A program made the translations under genes and the position numbers. From Candidatus Binatia bacterium (GTDB taxonomy: Bacteria; Desulfobacterota; Binatia; UBA9968; JAJDTQ01): 64,000 nucleotides of DNA. Below the pieces are notes generated by a model. That model was not told the DNA's origin and ran no database searches. It saw nothing but the letters and a program-made list of their open reading frames with translations. The stretch spans positions 1,472,001 through 1,536,000 of the forward strand of contig OY762897.2 of NCBI GenBank assembly GCA_963666515.2, written 5' to 3'. Positions 1 to 11,220 of this stretch are shown piece by piece. Numbering within the stretch: the first letter of the stretch is position 1; every line of letters starts with the position of its first letter.

Positions 1-129
1 GGAGCCGGACGGGATCTTGAAGGCCTGCACCACGAACGCGCGCAGGAACAGCGCCGCCACCAGGGCGATGAGGATGGCTTCCGTGTACTCCCGGAAGACG
101 GATTTTCTTGGCTTCCCGAATCTGGCCAC
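1..129 (-). CDS. lepB: Signal peptidase I, N-terminal part (runs off the window edge)
   Basis: Manual translation gives ...KSVFREYTEAILIALVAALFLRAFVVQAFKIPSGS (TM helix plus catalytic Ser box); directly downstream of lepA; GTG start at 129 is tentative. Confidence 0.9.
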   Translation of the reverse strand, partial: MARFGKPRKSVFREYTEAILIALVAALFLRAFVVQAFKIPSGS

Positions 130-217
130 GTACGGGGGTTCCTTGACGCTGTGATCTGTCGCGCGGGCGGGCTCGAAACCGCCCCTCAATCTAGCACCTC
201 GACCGGCAACTTTGAAA

Positions 218-2011
218 TCACACCCTCAGCGCCGCCAGGAACGCCTCCTGGGGTATCTCCACACGGCCCACCGACTTCATGCGCTTCTTGCCCTCCTTCT
301 GCCGCTCCAGGAGCTTGCGCTTGCGTGTGATGTCGCCTCCGTAGCACTTGGCGGTGACGTTCTTCCGTAGCGCCTTGACCGACTCCCGGGCGATGACGCG
401 GCTGCCGATGGCCGCCTGGATCACCACCTCGAAGAGCTGGCGCGGGATCAGCTCGCGCATGCGCTGCACCATGTCCCGCCCACGGATATATGCCTTGTCG
501 CGGTGCACGATCAGCGACATGGCGTCCACCATGTCGCCGTTGATGCGGACGTCCAGCTTGACCAGCTTCGACGGCCGCATGCCGGCCATCTCGTAGTCCA
601 TGGAGGCGTAGCCGCGGCTCAGGGACTTGAGCCGGTCGTAGAAATCGAAGACGATCTCGTTGAGCGGCAGCTCGTAGGTTACCATCGCCCGGTTGAGCCC
701 CGCGTAGCGCAGTTCCCGCTGAATGCCGCGCTTTTCCTCGCACAGCTTGAGCACGCTGCCGAGGTAGTCCTGGGGAAGGTGGATGGTGGCCAGGATGAAC
801 GGCTCCTCGATCATCTCGATGTCGGCCTCGTTGGGGAAGGCCACCGGGTTGTCGATGGACAGCACCTCGCCGGCGTGGGTGGTGACTTGGTAGACCACGG
901 TGGGCGCGGTGGTGATGAGGGCCAGGTCGAACTCCCGCTCCAGCCGCTCGCGCACGATGTCCAGGTGGAGCAGGCCGAGGAACCCGCAACGGAAGCCGAA
1001 GCCCAGGGCCTGGGAGGTCTCCGCTTCGAAGGTGAAGGACGAGTCGTTGAGGCTCAGCTTTTCCAACGCCGTCCGGAGAGCCTGGTACTGTCCCGAGTCC
1101 GCGGGGTAGAGGCCGCTGAAGACCATGGGCTTGAGCGGCCGGAAACCGTCCAGCGGTTGGCTGGTGGGGCGCCGCTGTGTGGTGACGGTGTCGCCGATGC
1201 GGGCCTCGTGGATGTTCTTGATGGAGGCCATGAGGAAGCCTACCTCGCCCGGACCCAGGCTCTCCACCTCCACCGGACCGGGAGCGAACACGCCCAGCCG
1301 GTTGACCTCGAACACCCCGCCGGTGGACATGAGACGGATGGAGTCGCCGGTGCGGACACTGCCCTCGAAGATGCGCAGCAGGATCACCGCGCCGTGATAG
1401 GGATCGAACCAGCTATCGAAGATGAGGCCACGCAGGGGCGCATCCCGCCCGCCCCCCGGCGGCGGGAAGTTGGCGACGATGCCTTCCAGCACCGCCTCGA
1501 TGCCGATGCCGTTCTTGGCGCTGGCCAGGATGGCCTGGGAGCCGTCCAGGCCGATGACGTCCTCCAGCTCCCGCCGGACCCTTTCCGGATCGGCGCTCGG
1601 CAGGTCGATCTTGTTGATGACCGGAAAGACCTGGAGGTCGTGGTCCAGCGCCAGGTAGACGTTGGCCACGGTCTGCGCCTCCACCCCCTGGGCGGCGTCC
1701 ACCACCAGGATCGCCCCTTCGCAGGCAGCCAGGCTGCGGGAGACCTCGTAGGTGAAATCCACGTGTCCCGGCGTGTCGATGAGGTTCAGGACGTAGTCGC
1801 TGCCGGCGGCGGAGCGGTAGTCGAGCCGCACCGGGCTGGCCTTGATGGTGATGCCGCGCTCGCGCTCCAGCTCCATCTTGTCCAGGAACTGATCGGTCTT
1901 CTCACGCTCGCTGAGGGCGCCGGTGTGCTCCAGCAATCGATCCGCCAGCGTGGACTTGCCGTGGTCGATGTGGGCGATGATGCAGAAGTTCCGTATGCGG
2001 CTGCTATCCAC
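218..2011 (-). CDS. lepA: Translation elongation factor 4 (LepA)
   Basis: [19 protein letters not shown]-terminal [14 protein letters not shown]. Confidence 0.98.
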   Translation of the reverse strand: MDSSRIRNFCIIAHIDHGKSTLADRLLEHTGALSEREKTDQFLDKMELERERGITIKASPVRLDYRSAAGSDYVLNLIDTPGHVDFTYEVSRSLAACEGAILVVDAAQGVEAQTVANVYLALDHDLQVFPVINKIDLPSADPERVRRELEDVIGLDGSQAILASAKNGIGIEAVLEGIVANFPPPGGGRDAPLRGLIFDSWFDPYHGAVILLRIFEGSVRTGDSIRLMSTGGVFEVNRLGVFAPGPVEVESLGPGEVGFLMASIKNIHEARIGDTVTTQRRPTSQPLDGFRPLKPMVFSGLYPADSGQYQALRTALEKLSLNDSSFTFEAETSQALGFGFRCGFLGLLHLDIVRERLEREFDLALITTAPTVVYQVTTHAGEVLSIDNPVAFPNEADIEMIEEPFILATIHLPQDYLGSVLKLCEEKRGIQRELRYAGLNRAMVTYELPLNEIVFDFYDRLKSLSRGYASMDYEMAGMRPSKLVKLDVRINGDMVDAMSLIVHRDKAYIRGRDMVQRMRELIPRQLFEVVIQAAIGSRVIARESVKALRKNVTAKCYGGDITRKRKLLERQKEGKKRMKSVGRVEIPQEAFLAALRV

Positions 2012-3308
2012 GGCCCCGCCCTATGGAATAGTAGATGAAACCGTGCCGTTGCATCACGGCCGGATCGTAGAGGTTACGGCCGTCGAAGAGCACCGGCCGG
2101 CGCAGCAGCTCCTTCAGCCGCCCGAAATCCGGGCTGCGGAACTCGTTCCACTCGGTCAGCACCAGCACCGCGTCGGCGCCGTCGGCAACTTCGTAGCTGT
2201 TGGAGCCGTATTCGATCCGGTCTCCATAGCGTTTCCGCGCTTCCTTCATGGCCTCGGGATCGAAGGCGCGCACGCGCGCGCCGGCCTCCAGCAGGCCGTC
2301 GATGACCCGGACGGCCGGAGCCTCGCGCATGTCCTCGGTGCGGGCCTTGAAGGCCAGGCCCCACACCGCCAGGGTGCAGCCCGCCAGGCCGCGGTCGAAA
2401 TGCGCCGCGACCTTCTCCAGCAACAGGCCCTTCTGGGCCTCGTTCACCCGGTCCACGGCCTGAAGCAACGGCATCTCCAGGTCATCCCCTCCCATGGCGA
2501 TCATCGCCCGTATGTCCTTAGGCAGGCAGGACCCGCCGAAGCCGATGCCGGGATAGATGAAGTGGGGGCCGATGCGGTGATCGAGCCCCATGATGCGCCG
2601 GACCTGCTCGATGTCCGCTCCTTCCTTCTCACAGAGCCGCGCGGTCTCGTTGATGAAGGAAATCTTGGTCGCGAGCATGCCGTTGGCCGCGTACTTGCTC
2701 ATCTCGGCGCTACGGGAGTCGGTGAGGATGATCGGGTTGCCCCTGCGCACGAAGGGGTCGTACAGGGCCCTGAGGCGTTCCATCGAAGCGGCGTCCTCGC
2801 CGCCCAGCACCACCCGGTCGGGCTTCATGAAATCCTCCACCGCGGTCCCCTCCTTCAGAAACTCCGGATTCGACACCACCGCCACCGGATGTCCGGCGCC
2901 GGCTTCGATGATCTCCTTGACCCGCGCCGCGGTGCCCACGGGGACCGTGCTCTTGGTCACCACGATCTTGGCGCCGTTCATGGCCCTGGCGATGTCCTCG
3001 GCGACCGCGAACACCTGGCTCAGATCGGCGCCGCCGGCCGACACCTGGGGCGTGCCCACGGCGATGAAGACGATTTCCGCGCCCTCCACGGCTTCAGCCA
3101 GATCGGTGGAGAACGACAGCCTCCCCTCCCGCGTGTTGCGTTGAATCAGCTCATCGAGCCCCAGTTCGTAGAAAGGCACGCGGCCCTGCCGGAGCTGCTC
3201 GATCTTGGCATCGTCCACGTCCACACAGACCACGTCGTTGCCCGTCTCGGCGAAGCAGCTCCCCGTCACCAGCCCCACGTAACCCGTGCCGAGCATTGCG
3301 ATGTTCAT
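2004..3308 (-). CDS. ugd: UDP-glucose 6-dehydrogenase
   Basis: GTGYVG Rossmann motif, [19 protein letters not shown] catalytic Cys. Confidence 0.95.
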   Translation of the reverse strand: MNIAMLGTGYVGLVTGSCFAETGNDVVCVDVDDAKIEQLRQGRVPFYELGLDELIQRNTREGRLSFSTDLAEAVEGAEIVFIAVGTPQVSAGGADLSQVFAVAEDIARAMNGAKIVVTKSTVPVGTAARVKEIIEAGAGHPVAVVSNPEFLKEGTAVEDFMKPDRVVLGGEDAASMERLRALYDPFVRRGNPIILTDSRSAEMSKYAANGMLATKISFINETARLCEKEGADIEQVRRIMGLDHRIGPHFIYPGIGFGGSCLPKDIRAMIAMGGDDLEMPLLQAVDRVNEAQKGLLLEKVAAHFDRGLAGCTLAVWGLAFKARTEDMREAPAVRVIDGLLEAGARVRAFDPEAMKEARKRYGDRIEYGSNSYEVADGADAVLVLTEWNEFRSPDFGRLKELLRRPVLFDGRNLYDPAVMQRHGFIYYSIGRGRG

Positions 3309-3367
3309 GCGATCAACCTGGTGTCCCGTCCGAGTCGTCGAATTCCAGGGGGCGACCCGCGGTCGCC

Positions 3368-4273
3368 CTAGTCGTGGAAACGGGTCAGGTCCACGAAACG
3401 CCGGTAGCGTTCATCGACTTCCGCGCGGTCCAGCCCGATCAGCCGTTGGGGGCCGAACTTCTCCACCGTGAAGGAGGCGGTGACGTTGCCGTAGACGATG
3501 GCGCGGCGAAGCGCGGCGTCGCCGGCGCCGCCCTCGGCGGCCAAGCATCCCATGAAGGCCCCGGCAAAGGAGTCGCCGGCGCCGGTGGGATCCAGCACTT
3601 CCTCCAGCGGATAGGCCGGCACCACGAACGCCGAGTCGCCCGAGAACTGGAACACGCCGTACTCGCCGCGCTTGATGAGCACCACCCGCGGCCCCATGCC
3701 GAGGATGGCGCGTGCGGCGCGGACGATGTTGTGATGGCCGCTCAGCATGCGCGCTTCCGAGTCGTTGATGACCACGGTCTCGACCCGCCCCAGGACCTTC
3801 CTCAACTCCCCGGGATTCTCGCCGATCCAGTGGTCCATGGTGTCGCAGGCCACCAGCCGCGGCTGCTTCAGGCGCGACACCACCTCCAACTGCGCCTCGG
3901 GGTGCATGTTGCCGAGGAAAGCGTACTCCGTGTCCTCGTAGCCGGCGGGCAGGCGCGGCACGAAGTCCTCCAGCACGTTGAGTTGGACCTCCAGGGTATC
4001 GCGGACGTTCAGGTCCTCGTGATACCGCCCGTGCCAGAAGAAGGTTTTGCCCCCGGCCCGCTGCAACCCCTCCAGGTCGGCGCCGCTGCGCGAGAGCGTG
4101 GTGACGTGCTCCTCCGGGAAGTCCTCGCCGACCACGCCGACGATCCGCACCGGCGCGAAGCACGCCGCCGCCAGGGCGAAATACGCCGCCGATCCGCCGA
4201 GCACCCGGTCGACCCGGCCGTGCGGGGTCTCGATGGAATCGAAGGCCATGGAACCCACCACCAGAACGCTCAT
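3368..4273 (-). CDS. PfkB-family carbohydrate/nucleoside kinase
   Basis: GGSA N-terminal motif and DPTGAGDSFAG signature. Confidence 0.9.
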   Translation of the reverse strand: MSVLVVGSMAFDSIETPHGRVDRVLGGSAAYFALAAACFAPVRIVGVVGEDFPEEHVTTLSRSGADLEGLQRAGGKTFFWHGRYHEDLNVRDTLEVQLNVLEDFVPRLPAGYEDTEYAFLGNMHPEAQLEVVSRLKQPRLVACDTMDHWIGENPGELRKVLGRVETVVINDSEARMLSGHHNIVRAARAILGMGPRVVLIKRGEYGVFQFSGDSAFVVPAYPLEEVLDPTGAGDSFAGAFMGCLAAEGGAGDAALRRAIVYGNVTASFTVEKFGPQRLIGLDRAEVDERYRRFVDLTRFHD

Positions 4274-4304
4274 GTTCACGATCCTCCCCACTCAGACTGC
4301 GTGC

Positions 4305-5168
4305 TCAGAGATACTTGTCCACCAGCGGCGCCAGCTTCTCCCGGGTGGCCTCCGGAATCACCGAGCGGTCGGTGACGATGGCCATCGCCAGGGCCGTGGC
4401 GCAGGGGCACGGCCGTTCCGGCGACAACCGCTCCAGCGTGCCCCGGATGATGCGCTTGGCCACGTCCGCGTTCTTCTGCAGCACCGCGATGATCTCCTCG
4501 ATGTCCACGTCGCCGGCGGCTTCGTTCCAGCAGTCGTAGTCCGTCGACATGGCGATGGTGGCGAAGCAGATCTCGGCCTCCCGCGCCAGCTTGGCTTCCT
4601 GCAGGTTGGTCATGCCGATGACGTCCGCACCCCAGCTCCGGTGCAGCGCGGACTCCGCGCGGGTGGAGAACTGCGGCCCTTCCATGCAGACGTAGGTGCC
4701 GCGGCCGTGCACCTGGATGTCCTCGGTCGCGGCCGCCTCGGCCACGACGGCGCGCAGGTCGTTGCAGAACGGATCCGCGAACTGGACGTGGGCGACGATG
4801 CCGTCGCCGAAGAACGTGGGTGAACGCCTGTAGGTGCGGTCGATGAACTGGTCCGGCAGCACTACGTGGCCCGGCTCGATCTCCAGCTTGAGGCTGCCCA
4901 CCGCGCTCACCGACAGGAGCCGCCCGACGCCCAGTTTTTTCATGCCGAAGATGTTGGCGCGGTTGTTGACCTCGGTGGGCAGGAGCCGGTGTCCCTTGCC
5001 GTGACGCGGCAGAAAAGCCACGTCGGTCCCGCCCAGGGATCCCAGCACGAAGGCGCCCGAAGGTGCGCCGAAGGGAGTCTCCACCTCCACCTCGCGCACC
5101 TCGCTCAATCCCTCCATCTCGTAGAGGCCCGTACCGCCGATGACGCCCAGCATCGTCTTCTGTTCCAC
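4305..5168 (-). CDS. mtnP: S-methyl-5'-thioadenosine phosphorylase
   Basis: GVIGGTG, RHGKGH, EGPQFSTRAES, GMT, TDYDCW motifs. Confidence 0.95.
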   Translation of the reverse strand: MEQKTMLGVIGGTGLYEMEGLSEVREVEVETPFGAPSGAFVLGSLGGTDVAFLPRHGKGHRLLPTEVNNRANIFGMKKLGVGRLLSVSAVGSLKLEIEPGHVVLPDQFIDRTYRRSPTFFGDGIVAHVQFADPFCNDLRAVVAEAAATEDIQVHGRGTYVCMEGPQFSTRAESALHRSWGADVIGMTNLQEAKLAREAEICFATIAMSTDYDCWNEAAGDVDIEEIIAVLQKNADVAKRIIRGTLERLSPERPCPCATALAMAIVTDRSVIPEATREKLAPLVDKYL

Positions 5169-5252
5169 CTTCCTTCATCCTTACGCCCTGACGGGGCTGT
5201 CACATGCCGGGTGGTGTCCCGGTGCGCGCCCTGCAAGGCAGTTGATGGCAGT

Positions 5253-8200
5253 TCATCCGTCTTTCGTGTCGAGCAGGTCGTCTGCACCCAGCCGTATCGC
5301 CGGCGGTTTGCGCATTTCCGCCGGAACGCGCGGCAACTCGGTGGCCAGGAACAGGTTGTTGGTGATGACGGCTTCAAACAATTGTGCCTGTCTGTGGTAT
5401 TCGGCGAGGGTTGCCTCCAAAACCCAAAGCAATTCAAGCAGTTCAGTAGTGAACGAACTGGTCCAGCGCGTGGGACGTATGTCGTCCAGCGGCGAGGACT
5501 TCCGGCCCGCGCCTTGTCTCATGCGGTACTTGAGCCACGATTGTACGACCTTGAGGCCCGACACGTTGAACTCGTACACATCAGGGGCGACGGGGGCGAA
5601 CTCACCTTGCCCGATGCGGAGTGTCTGCGTTGTATCGGTGTACGTGAACCGTTCTGGGTAATGAGCATCGTCGCTTGGCACTGCCTTTGTACACCGCGCC
5701 ACGCCGGGCGAGACTGTGCCGGGAGGCTTGCCTTGAGGTACGAATCGCTGGCCGTAGGTGTGTAGATGCAGCAGGCGGGCACCAATATCGCGGACTTGGG
5801 AGAACAGGGCGGCGTCCCTGGTGATAGGTACGCGCAGTTGGCGCGTTTCCAATGGCTTGGCGAACCGGGCGGAAAAGGAGGGGTGACCCAGAACGCCGTA
5901 GACGTAGGCGAGGAAATCTTCGGGACCGACTTCGCACTCGTAGGCTTCACTGAGGATTTCAAGCAGATCGGGGAGGATGTTCGGTTCCGAAACGTCAGCG
6001 GTGCGGTAGAGGGGGAAGACCGCCTTTGCCCCGTATGAGCCGCGGAAATGGTCAAGATCCGGGAGTTCCGCGGAGACTGTCAGCGGAGGTCCCTCTCCGA
6101 TCGGATGGCTCAACAGGCTGGTCAAGCATATCTGCCGCTCGCTGCGGGTGCGCCATAAGGTCGGCGCAGGTCTGTCCAGGAGCCGGGCGTCCGCAAGGAC
6201 GAATTGCCTGTCGAACGACCTGTATGCGTACCGGATGATGTCGGGCGCGGGACTGCCTTGTGCAAGGTCGGCAAGCGGTTTCAGCGTGGCGTCGGATGGG
6301 GACAACTGTCTTGCGGTCTCGTGTGCCTTGCGTCCGGTCGGAGAGTCTTTGAAAAGGTTCTTGCGGTTGTCCCTTTCAGCTTGAAGCAAGACCTTCCATC
6401 TTTCTTCAAGCAACTCTTTTTCGGGGGCAATCACCCAGGTGCGTCCGGCCTTGACGCCCGATTGCTGCCACGGCATCAGATCGGCAAGCAAGGGCCATGC
6501 AAAGTAATCTCCTTCGCCTGACGGACGGAAGGGAGACTGCCAATTGTCTGGGCACTCCTGCCATTCCACGTTTCCAGAGCCTTGGATGGCGTCGAGCGCG
6601 ACGAGTTTCTCTTCGCGTGTTCCGTCGATACGGGCGTAATGGACGACTGCAGGTTCGTCCTTTCTCTTGTTCTCCGAACGGAATGCGACGGCAATGGCCA
6701 CCGGCGTCTGGATGGCAAACACGTTGTCGCTCCGGCGCGTACCGCGCCCTTCCCCGCCAAGGTCGAGGATCCAGATATCGTCACAGAGGCGACGCATGTG
6801 TTCGCGCATTCCGGCAAATGCGTCGCCATCAAGGTAGCTCGATGCACTGATGAAGCTGACGATGCCTGGTCCTTTCGCCGCCTCCTGCTCGAAGACCTTC
6901 CACAAGGCCCAGCGCCAGAAATAGACGTAGAGATTGTAGAGGTTCTTGACGTGGATGCCGTACCCGGCGGCGATGGCGGGGGCGAGGAAGTCGCCGAGGA
7001 TTGCATCCGCGCCCTTGCCGTCGTCGCCCCAACGAACCCAGGAACCGGTCCGATGGCCATTGGTCGGTGTAGCGGCTTCATGGCGGTCATAAGGAGGATT
7101 GCCAAGGCAAACGAGGACCGGCACTTCGCTCTTGACCCGCAGTGCCCTTATCCGTTGTTCGGCGATGGGCTGTAGAAACAGCGGCAACTGTGGCGGGTCG
7201 GCGTTGGGGCCTTCAAGCGTATCCGTCAGATAGACGCGCGGGCCGTCCGCGGGCACAACTGCCCCGCGGTCTCTCAGTACCCGGCTGACCCGGAGTTCGC
7301 ACACCGCGTAGGGACCGACCAGCCGTTCAAAGCCGTACAGGCTTTCAGCGAGACCGCTAGCCTGGCCAGCCACAGCGCCCTCGCCCTGCTCGGCTTCGAC
7401 GCGCGCGAGGGCGTGTTCGACAACACCGAGCAGATAGGTTCCGGTTCCGACCGCTGGATCCAGGGTGACGACGTCGGGGTCGGCAAACCCCAGCGGCTTG
7501 CCGAGGCGATGAACGAGCAGCTCGTCGACAAGCCTCACTTGAGCGCGGACAACCTGGACCGGGGTGTAGTAGGCGCCGGCGTCTTTGCGCAACTTGGGAT
7601 CGTACACGGCGAGGAAATCTTCGTAGAAGTAGAGCCACGGGTCATCGGGACCGGCGAGGGTTGCCGGTGGGACAACGGCGATGACACGCAATAGCAAGTC
7701 GAGGGACGCAGCGATATCGGATCGAGCCTGGATGTCCGTCAGAATCTGCAAGGCCCGCGACAACAGATTGTGCTGTGCGTCGAGTACCTGCACTGCGCTT
7801 TCGAGCGTGAAGGCGTGAGCCGCTTCGCTACGACCCAGCAGCAGGGCAAAGGTGACCGTCTGAGAATAGGCGTCGGCGAATTGTGCGTCCGTGGCGTCCG
7901 GGAACAGGAGTTGTCGCCAGTCTTTTGCCAAACGTGCAAGGGGCGAATCCGGGCATTTGAGCGCATCGGTCACGTCGTCTCGGAGCAGCCGGCACAGTGG
8001 GGCCAACAGCAAGGCAAAGCCCTTGAGGTCGATCTTTCCCTTGGAATCAGTCGGGATGATGGGATTCCACGAAAGGAAGTCGCGCAGAAGGGACTCGACG
8101 GCTTCGGCGTCTTGCGGCTCCGGGGCTTCGCGGCCGTCGGTGGCCACATCACCCGCCAACCGGACCACCTTGTCCACCAATTCTCCGTCGCGGTACAGTG

Positions 8201-8570
8201 CCCATTCGTTGCCGTCGGTGTAAAGAATGTTGGGTGTCGCGGAGAAGCGCTCGAACTGAGCGCGATTACGCCCTTTGAATCGATTCGCCGTCGCGCCGGT
8301 GCCAGGGGCCTTCAGTTCGACGTACCCGGCTAACAACTGATTGAGATGAATGGCGTAATCCGGGCGACCGAGCCGGTCGGGCAGCGGCGTTTCGCCAGTG
8401 CAGACGACGTTCCAGCCGAGAACTCGGGCCACTTCGGTGATAAATATCTCAAACGGCCCGCGCACCTGGTCTTCCGGTTCACCCGGGGTGAGCTGGGTCA
8501 TCTTGGCCGTCACCGAAGCGGCGAAGTCTTGCAGGGCCGTGTGGATTGAGAGGCTTTGAATCATTAGCAT
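5253..8570 (-). CDS. Single-chain restriction-modification enzyme (PD-(D/E)xK nuclease + N6-adenine MTase + type ISP-like C-terminal specificity domain; type IIL/IIG-like)
   Basis: RPDY...YVELK nuclease motif, GAYYTP, DPAVGTGTYL (motif I), GNPPY (motif IV), YRSFD in the C-terminal domain; visibly lower GC than flanks; start near 8570/8564. Confidence 0.85.
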   Translation of the reverse strand: MLMIQSLSIHTALQDFAASVTAKMTQLTPGEPEDQVRGPFEIFITEVARVLGWNVVCTGETPLPDRLGRPDYAIHLNQLLAGYVELKAPGTGATANRFKGRNRAQFERFSATPNILYTDGNEWALYRDGELVDKVVRLAGDVATDGREAPEPQDAEAVESLLRDFLSWNPIIPTDSKGKIDLKGFALLLAPLCRLLRDDVTDALKCPDSPLARLAKDWRQLLFPDATDAQFADAYSQTVTFALLLGRSEAAHAFTLESAVQVLDAQHNLLSRALQILTDIQARSDIAASLDLLLRVIAVVPPATLAGPDDPWLYFYEDFLAVYDPKLRKDAGAYYTPVQVVRAQVRLVDELLVHRLGKPLGFADPDVVTLDPAVGTGTYLLGVVEHALARVEAEQGEGAVAGQASGLAESLYGFERLVGPYAVCELRVSRVLRDRGAVVPADGPRVYLTDTLEGPNADPPQLPLFLQPIAEQRIRALRVKSEVPVLVCLGNPPYDRHEAATPTNGHRTGSWVRWGDDGKGADAILGDFLAPAIAAGYGIHVKNLYNLYVYFWRWALWKVFEQEAAKGPGIVSFISASSYLDGDAFAGMREHMRRLCDDIWILDLGGEGRGTRRSDNVFAIQTPVAIAVAFRSENKRKDEPAVVHYARIDGTREEKLVALDAIQGSGNVEWQECPDNWQSPFRPSGEGDYFAWPLLADLMPWQQSGVKAGRTWVIAPEKELLEERWKVLLQAERDNRKNLFKDSPTGRKAHETARQLSPSDATLKPLADLAQGSPAPDIIRYAYRSFDRQFVLADARLLDRPAPTLWRTRSERQICLTSLLSHPIGEGPPLTVSAELPDLDHFRGSYGAKAVFPLYRTADVSEPNILPDLLEILSEAYECEVGPEDFLAYVYGVLGHPSFSARFAKPLETRQLRVPITRDAALFSQVRDIGARLLHLHTYGQRFVPQGKPPGTVSPGVARCTKAVPSDDAHYPERFTYTDTTQTLRIGQGEFAPVAPDVYEFNVSGLKVVQSWLKYRMRQGAGRKSSPLDDIRPTRWTSSFTTELLELLWVLEATLAEYHRQAQLFEAVITNNLFLATELPRVPAEMRKPPAIRLGADDLLDTKDG

Positions 8571-8635
8571 CCAACGCCGTTGCCGTTCCGATCTTTCATG
8601 ATTGGATAAAGCGAGTCGGTAGAGGAGGTGCGCGT

Positions 8636-9826
8636 TCAGGGTATGCGTTGTCTGTGGTTTTCCCCACTTACAGAAAAGCCGGAAGAGCCGACAAAAGCAA
8701 GCATGTTGGTATCCTTGTCGTTCTCCGCTCCGGCGACCGCGTGGTACAACTGTCCGCAGGCCGCCTGGATGTCCTCGCCCCGTGGCCGCCGCACATGGGC
8801 CTGGATGCCGCGGGCGCGCAGGGTCTCTCCGAAACGCTCGATGACAGGGTCCGGCGGCCGGCGGTAGCGGCTCCCTTCGTGGGGGTTGAAGGGTATCAGG
8901 TTCACCTTGCAACGGATGCCGCGAAGCTTGTTCGCCAGTTCCGCGGCGTCCGCGGCGAGGTCGTTCACGCCGTCGATGAGCAGGTACTCGAAGGTGATGC
9001 GCTTGCGCCGCGGCACCGGCAGCGAACGGCAGCATTCGAGCAGTTCCGAGACGGGATACTTCCGGTTGACCGGCATCAGCTCCGAACGGACCTCATCCCG
9101 CACCGAATGGAGCGAGATGGCCAGGTTGACCCGCGTCTCCTCCATGAGACGCCGCATCTGTGGCAAGAGGCCCACGGTGGAAACGGTGATCTTGCGGGGT
9201 GAAATACCCATGCCGCTGCGGGCGTCGGTAATGGTTTCCAGCGCCGCGCTCGTGGCGTCGTAATTGGCCAAAGGCTCGCCCATGCCCATGAAGACCAAGT
9301 TCGAGATTCGCCGGTCGTCCGGGCACCGGCGCTGCGCCTCCAGGACTTGGGCCACGATCTCCGCCGCTGTGAGGTTGCGCTTGAGCCCCATGCGCGCGGT
9401 GGCGCAAAAGACACAGCCCAGGCCGCACCCCGCCTGTGTCGACACGCACAGGGTCGCCCGGTCCGGCTCCGGGATGCAGACGGTCTCCACCACGTTGCCG
9501 TCACGCAAGCGCAGGAGGTACTTGACGGTGCCGTCCCGGGAACGGCTTTGTTGCTGCACCGTCAGGCTGCCGATGACGAACTCCCCGGCCAGTGCCTGCC
9601 GCAACCGTAGCGGGACATCGGTCATGGCGTCGAACGCGGTGGCATGCTTCCGGAACAGCCACGCCCTGATCTGATCGGCGCGATAGGCGGGGAGCCCGCG
9701 GGCGTCGAGCCATGCGCTCAACTCGGCATGGCTCAGGCCTTCAAGCGGGCGTCGGGTATCGGCTGAATCGCCGCCTGGAGATGACGCGGGCGGCCTTTGT
9801 CCTTCGGTTATGGAATCCAGCTCCAT
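8636..9826 (-). CDS. rlmN: 23S rRNA/tRNA C2-adenosine methyltransferase RlmN
   Basis: CGLGCVFC radical-SAM motif, MGMGEPL, AACGQL; start uncertain. Confidence 0.95.
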   Translation of the reverse strand: MELDSITEGQRPPASSPGGDSADTRRPLEGLSHAELSAWLDARGLPAYRADQIRAWLFRKHATAFDAMTDVPLRLRQALAGEFVIGSLTVQQQSRSRDGTVKYLLRLRDGNVVETVCIPEPDRATLCVSTQAGCGLGCVFCATARMGLKRNLTAAEIVAQVLEAQRRCPDDRRISNLVFMGMGEPLANYDATSAALETITDARSGMGISPRKITVSTVGLLPQMRRLMEETRVNLAISLHSVRDEVRSELMPVNRKYPVSELLECCRSLPVPRRKRITFEYLLIDGVNDLAADAAELANKLRGIRCKVNLIPFNPHEGSRYRRPPDPVIERFGETLRARGIQAHVRRPRGEDIQAACGQLYHAVAGAENDKDTNMLAFVGSSGFSVSGENHRQRIP

Positions 9827-9860
9827 GCGCGCTCACTCTGGCCGGGTCAGCCACATACGG

Positions 9861-9887
9861 TGGATTCCCGCTTGCGCGGGAATGGCG
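9861..9887. repeat. REP-like palindromic unit
   Basis: TGGATTCCCGCTTGCGCGGGAATGGCG, same family as the units at 12423-12524 and 16501-16530. Confidence 0.7.
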
Positions 9888-9919
9888 TTTGCGGTTCGTG
9901 GCGCCGGCGCCCCAACGTC

Positions 9920-10345
9920 TCAAGCGCCGGACGACTGGATCTCGTCGGCTTTGAAGAAGAACGCGATCTCCGCGGCCGCGGTCTCGGGGGCGTCGGACCC
10001 GTGCACTGCGTTGGCTTCCACGTTGGTGCCCCAATCCTTGCGGATGGTTCCCGGATCGGCTTTGGCCGGGTCGGTGGCGCCCATGATCTCCCGGTTCTTC
10101 GCGATCGCTCCGTCGCCTTCGAGGACCGACACGAAGATGGGGCCCGTGGACATGTAGTCGGTCAGGCTGTTGAAGAACGGCCGCTCCCGGTGCACCTCGT
10201 AGAAGGACTCCGCCCGCTGTTTGTCCAGCCGGGTCAGTTTCGCCGCTACCACCTTGAGCCCCGCGTGCTCGAAACGGCTCAGAATGTCCCCGATGAGCCC
10301 GCGATCCACGGCCTCCGGCTTGATGATCGACAGTGTTCTCTCCAT
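9920..10345 (-). CDS. ndk: Nucleoside diphosphate kinase
   Basis: [16 protein letters not shown] active-site His. Confidence 0.98.
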   Translation of the reverse strand: MERTLSIIKPEAVDRGLIGDILSRFEHAGLKVVAAKLTRLDKQRAESFYEVHRERPFFNSLTDYMSTGPIFVSVLEGDGAIAKNREIMGATDPAKADPGTIRKDWGTNVEANAVHGSDAPETAAAEIAFFFKADEIQSSGA

Positions 10346-10350
10346 AACCG

Positions 10351-11220
10351 CTATCCCAACGCTTTCCTCATGGTTTGACCGATCTCGGCGGGCGACGGCG
10401 CCATGTGCACGCCCGCGGCGCGCAGCGCCTCGACCTTCTCCGCCGCGGTGCCCTTGCCTCCGGATATGATGGCGCCGGCATGTCCCATGCGCTTCCCCGG
10501 TGGCGCGGTCTGGCCGACGATGAAGCCCACCACGGGCTTCTTCATGTGCGCCCGGATCCAGTCCGCGGCGTCCTGCTCGGCGCTGCCGCCGATCTCGCCG
10601 ATGAGCACCACCGCCTCGGTCTCCTCGTCCTCGTTGAACCGGGCGAGCACGTCGATGAAGTTGAGCCCGCGGATGGGGTCGCCGCCGATGCCCACGCAGG
10701 TGGACTGTCCCATGCCCAGGCGGGTGAGCTGGTCCACGGCTTCATAGGTGAGGGTGCCGCTGCGGGAGATCACGCCGATGCTGCCGCGCTTGTGGATGTG
10801 TCCGGGCATGATGCCGATCTTGCATTCGTCCGGCGTGATGACGCCGGGGCAGTTGGGGCCCACCAGCACGGTGCCGCGATCGTGGAGGTAGCGCTTCACC
10901 CGCATCATGTCCTGGACCGGCACGCCCTCGGTGATGCAGATGACCAGCGGCACGCCCGCATCCGAGGACTCCATGATGGCGTCCGCGGCGAACGGAGGCG
11001 GCACGTAGATGACGCTGGCGTTGGCCGCGGTCTCCCGCACGGCCTCTTCCACGCTGTCGAATATGGGGATGTCCTCGAAGGACGTCCCGCCTTTCCCCGG
11101 CGTGACCCCGGCCACCATTTGCGTGCCGTATTCCTTGCAGGTCCGGGTGTGGAACTGGCCCGTGGCGCCGGTGATCCCCTGGGTCAGCACCCGGGTCTCG
11201 GAATTCACCAGGATGCTCAT
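10351..11220 (-). CDS. sucD: Succinyl-CoA ligase alpha subunit
   Basis: [22 protein letters not shown] phospho-His motif. Confidence 0.98.
   Translation of the reverse strand: MSILVNSETRVLTQGITGATGQFHTRTCKEYGTQMVAGVTPGKGGTSFEDIPIFDSVEEAVRETAANASVIYVPPPFAADAIMESSDAGVPLVICITEGVPVQDMMRVKRYLHDRGTVLVGPNCPGVITPDECKIGIMPGHIHKRGSIGVISRSGTLTYEAVDQLTRLGMGQSTCVGIGGDPIRGLNFIDVLARFNEDEETEAVVLIGEIGGSAEQDAADWIRAHMKKPVVGFIVGQTAPPGKRMGHAGAIISGGKGTAAEKVEALRAAGVHMAPSPAEIGQTMRKALG

Noticed and set aside
8571-9035. N-terminal extension of the 1260-aa RM ORF
   Set aside because: Overlaps rlmN in another frame and has low-complexity sequence; the real start is near 8570
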